DNA of 63,626 nucleotides, counting the filler, from Sluysia triapertura (Eukaryota), in the NCBI GenBank assembly GCA_046118255.1. It is 4 parts of 4 records of this genome, joined end to end, with 100 filler letters (N's around TTAATTAATTAA, not from the genome) between each part and the next. Parts side by side here need not be neighbours in the genome. Positions count along the whole stretch, not along the records: positions 1 to 17,912 come from JBJNIA010183834.1; positions 18,013 to 31,834 come from JBJNIA010017636.1; 2 more parts are not named here. One strand, given 5' to 3'. Under the pieces are notes generated by a model. It was not told the DNA's origin. It ran no database searches and saw only the letters and a program-made list of their open reading frames with translations. The translations under genes were made by a program, and so were the position numbers. Positions 13,544-26,466 of the stretch are shown here, piece by piece (the first letter of the stretch is position 1; each line of letters begins with the position of its first letter).

Positions 13544-14649
13544 TAGTCTATTACACCTCTTCTTAAATAAAACCTAATTTTTTGTATAATTTATTCTGAA
13601 TTATTTATTTATGCATTTTCATGTATTATCTAGAATTAACTTTTTCATTATCATAAATAAATGTGTCCGAAAGTTAGAGAAATTCTTATTCTCGATCAAA
13701 ATAATTGTCAATCAAGGAATTTTGGAGTTATATTGATATATTAATTTCTCATCGAGTTTTACTATTTTCAAACTTTACTGCCCAAATGTAAGATCATATT
13801 CTCTTTACTAAGGTACAATAGATCGAAGGGTTACACTCTTTCCGGCATTAAAATATTAGTTAGTGTGTCTCTAGAAATGCACATGACTTGTCATGATACA
13901 CACTCTTTTATCTTCATTAATATCTAAATTAAATAATTTTATAGATTGATTTTGTGTTTGTTAATGGTTTTTCCAAACACACACACTAGGCAGGTGCAAT
14001 AGGTCTGAGGACTCAAGCCGAAAATTTCTCCATAAAGAACAATGCATTTTATAACATCAAGTATCTAATCTAACGACTAATTAAATTTACTCGCTTAATA
14101 AAACACAAAAGCCGCCTGCCCGATATTCTTATTTTAGCGGATTTAAATGAAAATTTTTATGTAGTTTACACTCTTTAATAAAATATTTAACAAAATATTG
14201 AACAAAGTTGAAAATTAAATTAAAATTATATTCAATTAAATTGATAAAACTAAAATTGATATATACAAAAAAGTTTCTTTTTATTGAAATAATTTTTGTT
14301 GGATATGGCGTTACCTTTGCCAGGCCTTTTTTTGACAGAAACTTAACAAATTTAATATAGTAAAGCAGTTATCACTGAAAACGGTTAATCTTCAAAATTC
14401 GCCAATACTGACATTTCTGTAAATGAAATACCCAAAGTTCATATTTATATCATTCAAATCTTCGAAAATTTGAACTTTAAAATTTTCAAATGATTCGTTC
14501 GGAATCCATGGATTGCGTAATTGTATTTGCAACAGACTGATCCACTAAATTCAGAAACTTCTGAAGTCTCGTCAGGACAAACGCTAACTGGCTTCGTGAT
14601 CACTGTCGTACCTTCTCCTTCATTAGAATTTAAACGTACTTTATATCAT

Positions 14650-14952
14650 TTAATATTTAAACTTATTTTCGCTTGAAAGTGGTAGTTCGATTAATTCCAA
14701 TATCCCATTTTTCATGTACTCATCATATATATCAGCATTTTCGGCATCTTTTAGACACTGACTCCATTTCGATTCTACAATTTTAGGTTTAATTTCACTG
14801 AGAGGTTTAGCACCAAAATAAGCATCAACTTCTTCGTCTGTCATGTATCTTGCCCATTGGCCAGCATTTATAAAAATGTGGTTCCTGAGAACATTTAAAT
14901 TTTGACTTTCACTACTGGGTCTTAAAAAGAGTACCATTATGTTAATATTCAT
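14650..14952 (-). CDS. Unknown protein, probably one exon of a spliced gene continuing to ~14455
   Basis: 100-aa ORF with protein-like composition; a candidate ~34-nt intron near 14640-14673 joins a further open stretch RLNSNEGEGTTVITKPVSVCPDETSE... Confidence 0.45.
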   Translation of the reverse strand: MNINIMVLFLRPSSESQNLNVLRNHIFINAGQWARYMTDEEVDAYFGAKPLSEIKPKIVESKWSQCLKDAENADIYDEYMKNGILELIELPLSSENKFKY

Positions 14953-15477
14953 CTATTCAACATGATCATTCCTTAATAATTTACATAGCTCAAAGTTAAC
15001 TTTACCTATGCGCGGATTACAACATTATAAAATTTAGAAACAGCGTAACCTAGTACTGTCAAGTCACCTTAATTAATTAATAAATAAAAATTCACAGAAT
15101 TTACAAATCATACAAAGCATACACACATAACGTTAATGTTACTTGTTAAAAAGTAATCTTCAACAATACTTAAATTAATCTTCCATACTAATAAGAGTTT
15201 AATCTTTATAAAGCATCGTAAAACGTCAATCAACCATTATTCTACAATACTATGATCATGCTCGAACCTAAATATTGGAAAATTGTTAAGTATTCATCAT
15301 TTCATACATAATAATAAAGCACTTGAAACACAATACTGCAATATTTTGAACACTTTTAATTCATACTCTTACACTTTTATCAACTACAAACATTTGTACT
15401 TAGTACTAAACATTAATATTAAATTTCTTTTAATTTTTTGTAGTTATGCTTCAATATTTAACATCCTTATCAATATC

Positions 15478-15527
<50 letters not shown>

Positions 15528-16701
15528 CATTATTATTATTATTATCACAGTTCATATTATTGTTCTACTATATTTATTGTATTTCACTTTTAGTAAATAT
15601 GTCAATACAATAATGACATTGGAACGAAACAAAACCTTGATATTGTTTTGCTACCCTTTCTAGATGTTGTTCTTTCTTTGTCTACTGATTACAAACTATC
15701 ATTTCACGATTTAAAAAGTTCAAAGATTAAATGGTTAAATAGATCTAAAAAGTGCAAAAGCTAAATGACAAATTTCACTAAATGTGCTTCATGACTATAT
15801 AAAATATCGTTCAAAACAAGAATTTGTAAAGGTAAATTCAATTTCGTCGATATCGTGTCGTATGGAATTTTATCAGAAAATAAGACTGTACTTATGATTT
15901 ACTTTGTATAAAAAATTTCTTTTACGGTATACATGAAGTTTAGTAGTTTCATTGGTTTTCCAGATAAGGTATAGATAATAATAATCAATAATAAAGTTTT
16001 ATTCAAAATTGTCAACGGGAATTAATCCATACTGAAGAATCTTAAGCTCATCAAATTTCTATTTTAGAACTATGTTGAAATACACATTCTAAGCGATACA
16101 CAGTACTTATTTGTAATACATATTAGTGCTTTATAAGTTACAACCTGAAGGTCCTATAAACCATCGGCCATATATTATGCCTATATCTTTACTAAGCCAA
16201 TACGTCATAAATTTACATTGAAGATTTTTCTTTCGTAAAATATTACCGGGTGTTTACGCTTTCCATCTTACTGAGATATACATATCTCCCAATAAATTTC
16301 TAATAAAAAACCTTATTTAATTTATACTGTCCCGGGATATTTCCGTAATTATAATACCGTGGTTTGTTTCTGACGAGTTTGCAGATTTGTACATGTTGAA
16401 CATATCACGTGTCAGAATGTCGCATGAAGTGCATGTCTATATTATTTGAGGACGCATTTATCCCAATAAAAATACTGTTGGAACATATACATCCCACCAA
16501 ATTGCTCAACTACTAAATAAAAATATGACATATTGAAACATCAATTGAAATATTTTTATTTTGATATATTGTACTAGTAACACTTATGATTGTTTGATAA
16601 GGATAAAGTACGATAGATTAAAGATCAAAATTTAATTATTTATATTCGATAGCTACTTTGATTGTAAATTTAAAGAAAATGTTTATTAAACGGCATTACT
16701 T

Positions 16702-17333
16702 ACACTAGATGCGAAGCAAAAAGTACGAAATATAGGATTCGAAAATGAACATGGAAGAAAATATTAATTGTATTGTTAAAAAGTGTAAATATCAATTAAA
16801 AAAGATCACATCTTCGAAAATTGATTAATAAAGAAACAGCTAAACTTATTGTTCATTCATTGATAACTAGAAACATATATTTCATTGTGCTCAATTTCAT
16901 ATGGAGAAGTTACAAAAATACAATTAATAATTAATCAAGCAGCGAGACCAATTCTTCAAGTTGGAAGATTTCATGTAACACCTTATCTTAAGGAATTACA
17001 GTGGTTGCCAATAAAATCAAGAATAGAATTCAAAATGATGACAATAATTTACAAATGCTTACATTACAGAAGACCTGAATATCTCTTAGAAATAATAAGA
17101 TGAATATTTCATTGAGAAATAATAATCTATACAGAATCCACAGTGATAATAAGTTTGGTGCCAGGTAGTATACTGTTTATGTTTCAAAAATATATAACCA
17201 GTTACCAGAAGAATGTTAAATTACTGGAAGATTATGACAAATTTAAGAAAAAGGAAAAGTTCTTTCTCCTTCAGAAAGAAAGATTTATTTTAACGCTTTT
17301 GAGTATTTTGCAGTAGGTATGAGCGCAATATAA

Positions 17334-17390
<57 letters not shown>

Positions 17391-17396
17391 TTATTA
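16702..17396 (+). mobile_element. Degenerate 3' end of an L2/CR1-group non-LTR retrotransposon with (TTA)n tail, copy 2
   Basis: ORF 16885-17103 KIQLIINQAARPILQVGRFHVTPYLKELQWLPIKSRIEFKMMTIIYKCLH matches the post-RT motif KLQ..QN.AAR......HITP.L..LHWLP...RI.FK; long (TTA)n tail. Confidence 0.85.
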
Positions 17397-17840
17397 TGCT
17401 TTTCTGCAATTATCAAATTATTTCTCGTTTGTCGCACAATATCAATGAGAATGACTTAAAATAATGAAATTCAGTTAAATGAAAACTCCGCAGAAACTTT
17501 GTAATCCAGTGTGACTTGCTTTGACATTCCAGAGAACGACGATGTGGTCATTTTTGAATGATTTTTAAACATAAAACATGTTATTCATTATTAAATATAG
17601 ATCAGTTTTCATGTTTTTTTGTATATTTAAAAATTTCGTCATTCTCTACTTTGCAACTTTGTTTTTCGATAGATGAAAATAGGACACCCTCCAAAAAGCC
17701 ATATTTTGGATTGACAATTAATATGAGCCCTGTCTTATTTTCGGAAAAAATGTTTGCAGAGTATAAACAAACAGAGTATAAAATAATCAAAATAATAATA
17801 ATATATTGTATTAAGAAGATAATGACATTATGTCTTATAG

Positions 17841-17887
17841 CAGTGGTGTCAAAGTGGCGGCCCGCGGAGGCAAATCATGCGGCCCGT
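17841..17887 (+). mobile_element. hAT (Charlie-like) transposon terminus running into a gap
   Basis: CAGTGGTGTCAAAGTGGCGGCCCGCGG...GCGGCCCG: CAGTGG end with repeated GCGGCCCG subterminal motifs. Confidence 0.6.
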
Positions 17888-17956
17888 GTATTTACAAACA
17901 ATACCAGGATAGNNNNNNNNNNNNNNNNNNNNNNNNNNNNNNNNNNNNNNNNNNNN

Positions 17957-17968
17957 TTAATTAATTAA
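17957..17968. other. Artificial contig-joining linker (also at 31879-31890 and 51882-51893)
   Basis: Identical TTAATTAATTAA (stops in all six frames) embedded symmetrically in N runs three times. Confidence 0.95.
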
Positions 17969-19923
17969 NNNNNNNNNNNNNNNNNNNNNNNNNNNNNNNN
18001 NNNNNNNNNNNNTTATCAAGACTTCGAGAACGTTCAAAGGTTCAAAAGATCTTAAATGACCTAAAGGTTCTAAAGTTCTAAAGGTACCTAAATGCTTCTA
18101 AAGGTTTTTTAAGTCCATCTCAAGCTTCCATAAGATCTCAAACCCTTATATAGGTCTTTGGAACTCTAAGATATTCTTTAACTGTTAAGATTATTATAAA
18201 TGTTTTCTCTTTTCATGATTCTTATTTCAACAATGTTTATAATACTCCATCTGTTACTTCTCATTAATTCTTCCTTCATTTGTAACTCTACATATCTTTT
18301 ACTCATCTCTTAATACAAAGTTGGGCAATCCCAACAAAATGCCAAAAATGATTAAATACTTAAATGTGAGCGAATTGAGAACTTGAAATGTTTTGAGTTA
18401 ATCTTAAGATATATATTTGCTAACTTAAGGTGTAAATTGAGATTCGACTGTTATAAGATAAAAAATAAAGATGTTTTAAATGAATTTTAAATGTATATTG
18501 ATGTTTTTGAATGTAAGTAAAGGTTGTGACTTGAAAATGTATTGCAATGAGAATGATTTTTATGGATCTGAAGGAAATAAAATACGACAAAGGTTTTGAT
18601 ATGTTCTAAAAAGGTAGTTGTATAATATTAACTAATGTAATTATGATTGTATTGTTATGGAATGTGCGACATGTGAATTAAATTAGAAATGTTTTAACTT
18701 AATTTTTAAGTATATGTTTGATGATTTAGGTGTTGAATAAGATTTTGATATTATGGAATTTTATATTTAGAATGTTTTTAAGTATTAATAATTACGAAAT
18801 ATTCAGAAGAGTGAGTTAGTTGTGTGTTGATGAAATAAGTATTTATAAGTATTAGGTTGAAACCACATGATCTATTTCTGATTTTAAGATTTAGTCATTT
18901 TTAGGTAATTTACTCATATTCTTACATTTGATTTTTTGCAGTTAATATAGTATTAAGTTGTTTTTAATTTGAAAATAATAAATAAGTTTTGGGTTGAATA
19001 AATATCGTTATTAAGATAAGAAAATTGTTAATTGATTTTACAAGGATTTTAAAATATATATAATTACATTTTGCATTTATTCTGTGAACACTGAAAGGTA
19101 GAGAATAATCAATAATTAGTAACTATTTCACTGAAGATACATTAAAAGGTTGGAGTTAATTCAATTATTAAGTTCTTGTTAATAATTTTCATTTAAGACG
19201 CAACAAACCCACCAAAACAATAAAGATTTTAATTGATTTTAAATCAACCAAGGAACACAGCCCTCGTCACAATTGGTCTAAAGTAAGATTCATCGAAATG
19301 TGTGGTCATCTACAATTGTTCAATTTGTTATTTTGTAGCTTAAAATTAATAGGTATTCTTAAGGATGAGATAGACTGTAGCGATTCGAGAAGGTACTTGT
19401 TGGATATTGTGTATTACCTGTGCTTACGTACATGAAATGGAAAACGATTCTCGAATATGACGAATAACTAAAAGAATAAAACAATTAAAACTTTACTGAA
19501 CGTTGTGTCAGTTTTGTTTTTCACAAACACTTGATAACGTCTTACAAAAACATGTTTAAATTGTGTCTTGTTTTGAGAGATGATATTTTACATTACTTAT
19601 TAAGAATTGAGACTTAACTTAGATAAGATAAATTTTCATGTAAACACTCTACGTCGTAAGACATACCAAACTTTTAGCATATAAAAAAGTTATACGCACA
19701 CAATCATACATTATTTTAATCATAAGGTAAAGTGCGAAGTGAGAACCTGATGAATTTTTGAATAAATAACTTAATTTATTGTGTTAATTCATTTTAGTTT
19801 GTTTTAATAATTATTTTTACTATATGACAAATCTTTACGTTAATTAATTATAAATTTCAATTTTATTTATTTCATAAATAGTAAAATATTTTTTTAACTT
19901 CATGTTTTCGTAAATTCTAATTT

Positions 19924-21225
19924 ATGTTTTTAATAATGAAATATATTATCGACAAAAGAAAATTATTTTATGCATTCTTATTAAAGTGTCGTACATGTGC
20001 TTCAAATCATAATAGAAGCAACTTATCAATTGAAAAGGTGCTAGTTGAACCTCAAAAATATAATTGTAACACCTATGTAATTCGTAATTTATTTGAATTT
20101 TATACCGATATGATTAAAATTGGATATGAACGTTTGAAAGTTAATTCTAGTCCTGAATTTCAATTTTTGGTGTATAAGTATGTATCGTTATCTTATTTTT
20201 TAAAACCTACTCACTTACGTTCATTTTTTGAAGTATATTACATTTCGGATTCCACGTTTTTAAATGATAAATCGTGGGACGTCATTATGCGAGTGTTGAA
20301 TAATTCTCTATTGCATATTCCCATACGTGATCAAATTTATATAAGCAATTACATAATGAAGATTGAAAAAAGAATTAAAATAAATTCTGTTGAACTTGAA
20401 CTGTTTCACAAGAGAATTTTAATTCAACTTTCTAATTGGATTAATGAATTGCCCTCGCTAGACATAGTAGAGTTAATTTATATCTATCAATTACTTTCAT
20501 ATGGATTTTTAGAAACCAATTGCCATTTCAAAAACGAAGTTGTTAACGCTATTCAAGCTTATGATGTATATAAAATTAAAAGAACTGGCATAATCAATTA
20601 CGTTTTACTGAACTCAAATGAAGATTTTGTTACAGATCAGCTAGTGCTTCGACTTATGGAAGTTTTCATGAAAAGTAGAATTAATATGTTTAAAACATTA
20701 AATTATTTTGTTTATAATATTGGAAAATATCTCATGAATAATCCAAGTAGCGATGTTAGAACAAAATTGAACGAATATTTGCTTACTTTTAAAGAAGACC
20801 TTTTTTCAATGGAAAACTATGGCATTTTTCGATTATGGCATGGTTTGTATTTAACCAATGGAAAGTGTGATATAAAAATAAGCAATCCAAGTACGGAAAT
20901 GGTAAATAAATATGAAGGTTCTTATAAGTGTTATTTGTTAATAAACTCTCCATCTACATTTTTAGAACATTATTCAACTAATGATATCGAAGATCTGCAA
21001 TTACCTAATGAAATTAAAAAATATTACAATTTGGCTTTTGAAATACAATCAAAGAAACCGAATGTAGATTATATGTTTAATTTATTGAAGAGTAATAACT
21101 TAATATTTCAAAATGAATCTGAAGTAACTCTTGAGTTAAAATCATGTTATACTGATGGTGTGAATTATTTATCTAAAATTGTGTTAGATATTTATGAAAT
21201 AAAAATAAATGTTGTTAGTGATTAA
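19924..21225 (+). CDS. 433-aa hypothetical protein, the longest ORF in the window
   Basis: A 1.3-kb stop-free frame in very AT-rich DNA is unlikely by chance. Basic N-terminus; L/I/Y/F-rich helical-looking body; no recognised motif. Confidence 0.75.
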   Translation: MFLIMKYIIDKRKLFYAFLLKCRTCASNHNRSNLSIEKVLVEPQKYNCNTYVIRNLFEFYTDMIKIGYERLKVNSSPEFQFLVYKYVSLSYFLKPTHLRSFFEVYYISDSTFLNDKSWDVIMRVLNNSLLHIPIRDQIYISNYIMKIEKRIKINSVELELFHKRILIQLSNWINELPSLDIVELIYIYQLLSYGFLETNCHFKNEVVNAIQAYDVYKIKRTGIINYVLLNSNEDFVTDQLVLRLMEVFMKSRINMFKTLNYFVYNIGKYLMNNPSSDVRTKLNEYLLTFKEDLFSMENYGIFRLWHGLYLTNGKCDIKISNPSTEMVNKYEGSYKCYLLINSPSTFLEHYSTNDIEDLQLPNEIKKYYNLAFEIQSKKPNVDYMFNLLKSNNLIFQNESEVTLELKSCYTDGVNYLSKIVLDIYEIKINVVSD

Positions 21226-22104
21226 TAATAATGTAAAATTACGTACATGTTCAAGTTAAAATATTCCTGATAGAATTTATGTATTGTAGTTGAATGGGTC
21301 ACCAAAATAACAGAATAGCCTCAAATTGATTTATTATAAAAGGTTGCAGATACAACAGATGTAGGTTACTTAAAATACAATTTAATAAAGATATTTATGA
21401 AAGCGCTTTGGAAGTAATTTCGTGAATAAACTGTTTGATAAAAAAAACTGTAACGTAATTCTTGAGTTTTTTCTCCAATAAAAATAAGAAATTGGTGTTT
21501 ACAATATTGTATAAACATAATTGATGTATTAAGTTTAAATTTAGAGATAAGTATTTATCGATAAATAATTTGTAAAAATAGAGTACACGTAATTATTTTT
21601 GTGATAAATAGCGCAATATATTCCTAGATTGTTAATTAAAAATATATCATTAATATCTAGAGATGTTTGGTATTGCATTTATGATATCATAGTAAAAATA
21701 AGACTGAGACTGTTTATGTAACATAAGTAAGTTGTCCTATTTTAATAATGGGTATTTAAGCTTAGCACAGAAGTGTTAAAATGGTTATAAGAAGGATGCA
21801 TTGTAACGTAATTAAGGAATGGCTGCGTCTTGAACCAATGTAATAATATACAGCAATAGCCCATTTTGATATTGATTTAGCGTAACAAGACTTAATTCTT
21901 GAAATGATCAAAGACTGGTACAAGTACTCGAAATCAACAAAATCAGTTTTGTCTTTCGTTAGGACATATTATTTATTTATTACGCAGTTATCGTAAAATT
22001 TTTCAAATTTGAGAATATGTAGGGAAACACGCATTTTCACATAAACATTACACACTTCATCACATGTGAATATTTCTTACATAAACAAAACAATAAATAA
22101 ACTA

Positions 22105-22376
22105 CCGTATTTTCTTATCTATAGCCCGCGGGCTGTACATTGAAAAATGTGTATTTATGTGGTGCGGGTTATACATCAATAGTTTAAATTTATTTTATTA
22201 ATCCTAAAAAATATTAATTTTCCAATGAATCTAGTGTTGTCTACAACCAAAAACAATATAATTTAAAGAGAAACCTTTAAATTGTAATTAAATTTATATA
22301 TATTTGGTGATATCAAAGATTTTTTTGTTCAAAAAATATTAAACCACATATGTTTTATATATGCAAGAAAATACGG
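22105..22376. mobile_element. Complete pogo/Tigger-like (Tc1/mariner superfamily) MITE, 272 bp
   Basis: TIRs ccgtattttctt...aagaaaatacgg, flanked by TA on both sides. Confidence 0.85.
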
Positions 22377-23047
22377 TACTTGAGTCATTCAAAAAACAAA
22401 CATAGTCATTGTACATAATTATTTATTATATTTATATTTATCATAACTATTACAATAATAACTCATAATAATTTCATATAATCTTACTCTATCAGCATTA
22501 TCACATTAAACTATGTAACAATTCAATATGAACTTCATTTTATAATTGTCATTATAATTTTTATTATTGTTAAAATTACTCTATCGTGCCTTTTCTGCTT
22601 CTTTTTGTTAGTATGTATGTCTCTATGTAATTATGTATATATGTTTGCATTTTTGTATGCGTGTTTATTCTTTTTCACTTCTTTTTATATTTTATTACTT
22701 TACCTACTCTCAAAAACATAAATAATCAAACTCAAATATATCATGATTTATTGTATGCGTATCTAGTTCCAATTGCAAAATTTATAAATTTATATGAAAT
22801 GACGTTTGTTTTTACAAGCATACGAAGTGTGCATGTTATTGGTATTTTTGAAATCTTAATTTCTTCCATTAAAACTGAAGTAAAAATGACAGTAAGACAG
22901 ATTAAGCAAACGTTTAACTGTAGGAAAGCTACTTTAGTTCATCAGTGGATAACGGTGAAACTAAAGTCATTTATTTAGCAATTGACTAAAATAAACTATT
23001 TTATTTTTAGGACAAGTGTTTGTAATATTTCCTACTGTTTGTATATT

Positions 23048-23202
23048 TGTTAGAATTCATAAAATGGAGTGACCGGGGATCGAACCCGGGACCTCTAGCT
23101 GCACAGTTCGATGCTCTACCACTGAGCTATCAGCCCCGTCTAACAATTTTATATTTCTATAATCCATTAAACTAAATGGCACTTTAGATCTGTATCCCAA
23201 CA
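23048..23202 (-). mobile_element. tRNA-containing 155-bp repeat, full copy (tRNA-like part 23065-23136)
   Basis: GGGCTGATAGCTCAGTGGTAGAGCATCGAACTGTGCAGCTAGAGGTCCCGGGTTCGATCCCCGGTCACTCCA has A/B boxes and D/T arms but an unpaired anticodon stem. The element is bounded by TGTTGG...CTAACA. Confidence 0.85.
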
Positions 23203-25612
23203 TTTTGCATTAATACAGGTGCTAAAATTTAAATGAGTTGTCACCCAGGTTGTAACTTGTCTTTAAAGAATAATTTACATTTTTATAAAGATTAATTTAT
23301 ATTGTCATAATTTATATATATTCTAGTTGTAGTCTTGTGATAATATAACGAATATATCGAGATTTTAAATTTATTTAGTTATTGAGTTTTAATTTAATAA
23401 TTTGGGAAAATAAAAGTATTAAAAGATACAACAAATATATATTTCACACAACATACTGACGATTTATTATCGTATCATGTAAAAATTTTAGAATTTAACT
23501 AAAATATTCATATTTGCATCACAGAAGAATTAAATAATATTTCGCAAGAAAACAATATAATAATTAAATTGAAGGAAAATGTGAAATTTGAATTACAAAT
23601 AAATGGTAATGGCATGGATGTTGGTGTTCCAGTTATTAGTGCTCTTCTGCTGAAAGTCAAATGAAATTTAATCGCTAATGCATTGTTTTAACAAGCGACA
23701 AAATTTCAAGACGTATCACGAACTAAGCTTAGTTTATTTATTGATTTTGGCAATACATATTCTCAATTGTTTTTTATTAAAACTTAGTAGAGACTGTTTT
23801 CGAAGTTTTCGAGAAATACGTGAATCTATACGTGATAGTGAATTTGAATTTAGAGATTTATGAATCAAAAAAAGATTTAGTGTCAACCCATCTCAAATGA
23901 ATTTCACTATTGTGTGTATTATGAACAATTATGATTTCTTCGTTTGTATCCATAAACTCCATATTTTAAAGAACATTTTAAAGTTAGTTTTTCCTTTTAT
24001 TTCTTTACCTCTATGTATTTTTTATTCTTTTATTATTATTTAACTTTTTTATTATTCTTTTTACTTATTATTATTACTAATAGCTAACATTTCAAAGAAT
24101 ATAATAATGTGCTTAATAAGTTTTAAAAGAATAACTGGTAAAATAAAGTTTAAAAGCAATAAAATCGAATATAAATTATCCGGAAAAACATCATTGCCAA
24201 GAATTAGAGTTTAAATATTTAAATGCTATAGGTACGTCTTTCGACAGAATATAAAACGCACATTGAACGTGAATCCGTACGTAAAGTCTAATTTTGCGAA
24301 GTATGTAAGTTTAGATAAAAACATAGCACCCTGAATGAAGTTTTAGTAAAACAGTTTATGTCCTAAATTTTAAAACCATAACCGTATTGTAAATATTTTA
24401 AATATTTAAAAATATCTAGAAACGTTTGAGACCATCTGATAAGCTTTTAAGTATCTAAAATCATTAAAATAATTTTGATAATTGATATTTTGAAACATCT
24501 AGTATCTTTCTGAATATCAAAACAGCTTTAATATCTTTGTATAAGTTTTAAACTTAAAATAAGAAAAATTCTAAAAATAGATTAATAATAAAAACTTAAA
24601 TAAAGAAAATAACATTTCAGTTATGAATGATGTATTACAATAATGACAGTAAAATTCTTTTTAACTAGACCTTCTATAAATATATGACTAGACCCAGTTC
24701 ATGCAAGGAAAACTTTACTTGATATTGAAAAAAGCAAAATTTTAATTAATTCTCAAAATTAAACATTAAATAGTTCATAATTAGAATGATATAATGTGAT
24801 TAAAGAAATGTAAAATGCCTCTTATAAATGAGAATAATTTAGAAATGAATTTAATGTGCTTATGATATGGATTCTACTAAAATATGAACTTTTCATTAAA
24901 TATTTTCAATTAAAAAATTTTACGTGAATAACTTAATATTGAATAAATTATAAAATATAAAGTTAAACTACTAATTTCAAATATACATTTAATAGTAAAA
25001 GTTATTTTAAGTTGAGAATTAATTTAAAGAAAAAGTCTGAACAAAGTAGAAAGTAAGAATTGATCATGATCAAAATTTATGTTCTTTACTTAAATAAAAT
25101 ATCATGTAATTACCAGAGATGTCATGTCGACTCTATTCTCAAAAGATTTTCAGATGATTTGTGTAAATTTAAATAACGAAGTTCGATAATGATTGAAAGA
25201 TGAAAATGATTAAAGTTACAAAGATTTTATTGAAAAAAATTATGATGATGTAATATTATAAAAGTTTAATTTTTAATTTATTAATCTACTTATATTAATA
25301 TTAAGCAGTGTCTATATTATTATAAATTCAATTTATGTTGATCGTATTCCAGCCAGGAACAAATTCGCATAAAATACTGTCGTAACTCATTTATAGTACT
25401 CAAATTCATTTAAATAATAAATTTTTAATTTTAATTTTTTATCAATATAGTTAGGTACTATTGAAATAAATTTTGTTTATATATATGATTTTTACAATTA
25501 TTAATATTTAGTTAATCGTCAACTAAACAAAAATCTAAAATTTTTAACTCCATTTTTATATTTGAATATAATTTTTATTTATATAGTTTATTTTTTAAAT
25601 ATTGCAAGGTCG

Positions 25613-26466
25613 ATGAGTTTGCCACCTAAATTATTAGCCAGGCTTAAAAAAAGAGGTGTTATAGTTGAAAAAAATCAAGAAGAAAAGGGTAAACATTTAT
25701 TAATTAATATAATTATGTATGTGCAGAAGAAGTAATTGCTGAAAGCTACGATGAAGACATCAAGCAAAATAAATTTAAAAATGAAGATTCAAAATATATA
25801 GTTTTTGAATTAATTAATTGTCCAAACTTAGCCAATCCATATCATAAATGTGTTGAATATTGTGAAAAAAGATATGGGTTTAAGAACTTTAAACCCTCAG
25901 AAGATATGTTAAAAAAACGTTCGAAAATGTTAAAAAAATATCCTCTTCCTCCGTACTGGATCGAAGTAGCAGATCCCCTCACAAATAGATTTTATTATTG
26001 GAATACCAAAAAGGATGAAGTATGCTGGTTATCCCCGAATCACCCAAGAGCTAAAATTACAGTGCCTAGAGATGTGTCTAGTATTGTTCGTTCATCTTCT
26101 CCTAAACATTCTGATATTCAACAAAAACATCAGGGTAAAAGCAGTTCTTGCTCATCCTCGTCTCGGTCTTCATCACCTGAAGATGTGTCTAGAAGTACAA
26201 AACAAAAGAGAAATAAAAGTTCGGTTTCAGTAAATATATTTATTTATAAATTAGGGCGACATTATGAAAGTGAAGATATATTAGATCCTATGGATCCAGC
26301 TGCTTATTCTGATGTACCTAGAGGAACGTGGAAAACTGGGTTAGATTTGCGCGGGCAAGCAAAAACTGGCGCTGATGTTACTGCATCTGGACCTTTATTT
26401 CAACAAAGACCATATCCATCGCCGGGTGATGTGTTAAGACAAAACGCATCACTAAGTAAAAATTAA
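25613..26466 (+). CDS. PQBP1: Polyglutamine-binding protein 1 (WW domain; U5-15kD-binding C-terminus)
   Basis: MSLPPKLLARLKKRG start; 38-nt intron 25689-25726 then EEVIAESYD; WW domain LPPYWIEVADPLTNRFYYWNTKKDEVCWLSP; C-terminal LDPMDPAAYSDVPRGTW..GL...AKTGADVTASGPLFQQRPYPSPGDVLRQNA; probable in-frame 36-nt intron 26219-26254. Confidence 0.97.

Noticed and set aside
16170-16500. Possible gypsy integrase remnant (WDVYVPTVF..INAS on minus strand)
   Set aside because: Only one short motif; too decayed to support.
17913-18012. TTAATTAATTAA palindrome recurring inside N gaps
   Set aside because: Assembly linker, not biology. It also means adjacency across these gaps is unreliable.
18013-18130. 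Short ctaaaggtt-type tandem repeats
   Set aside because: Degenerate minisatellite at a contig edge with no further structure.
23065-23136. Functional tRNA-His(GTG) genes here and at 61070-61141
   Set aside because: The anticodon stem cannot pair, the loop varies (GTG/GCG/deleted), and all copies sit within a larger dispersed repeat.
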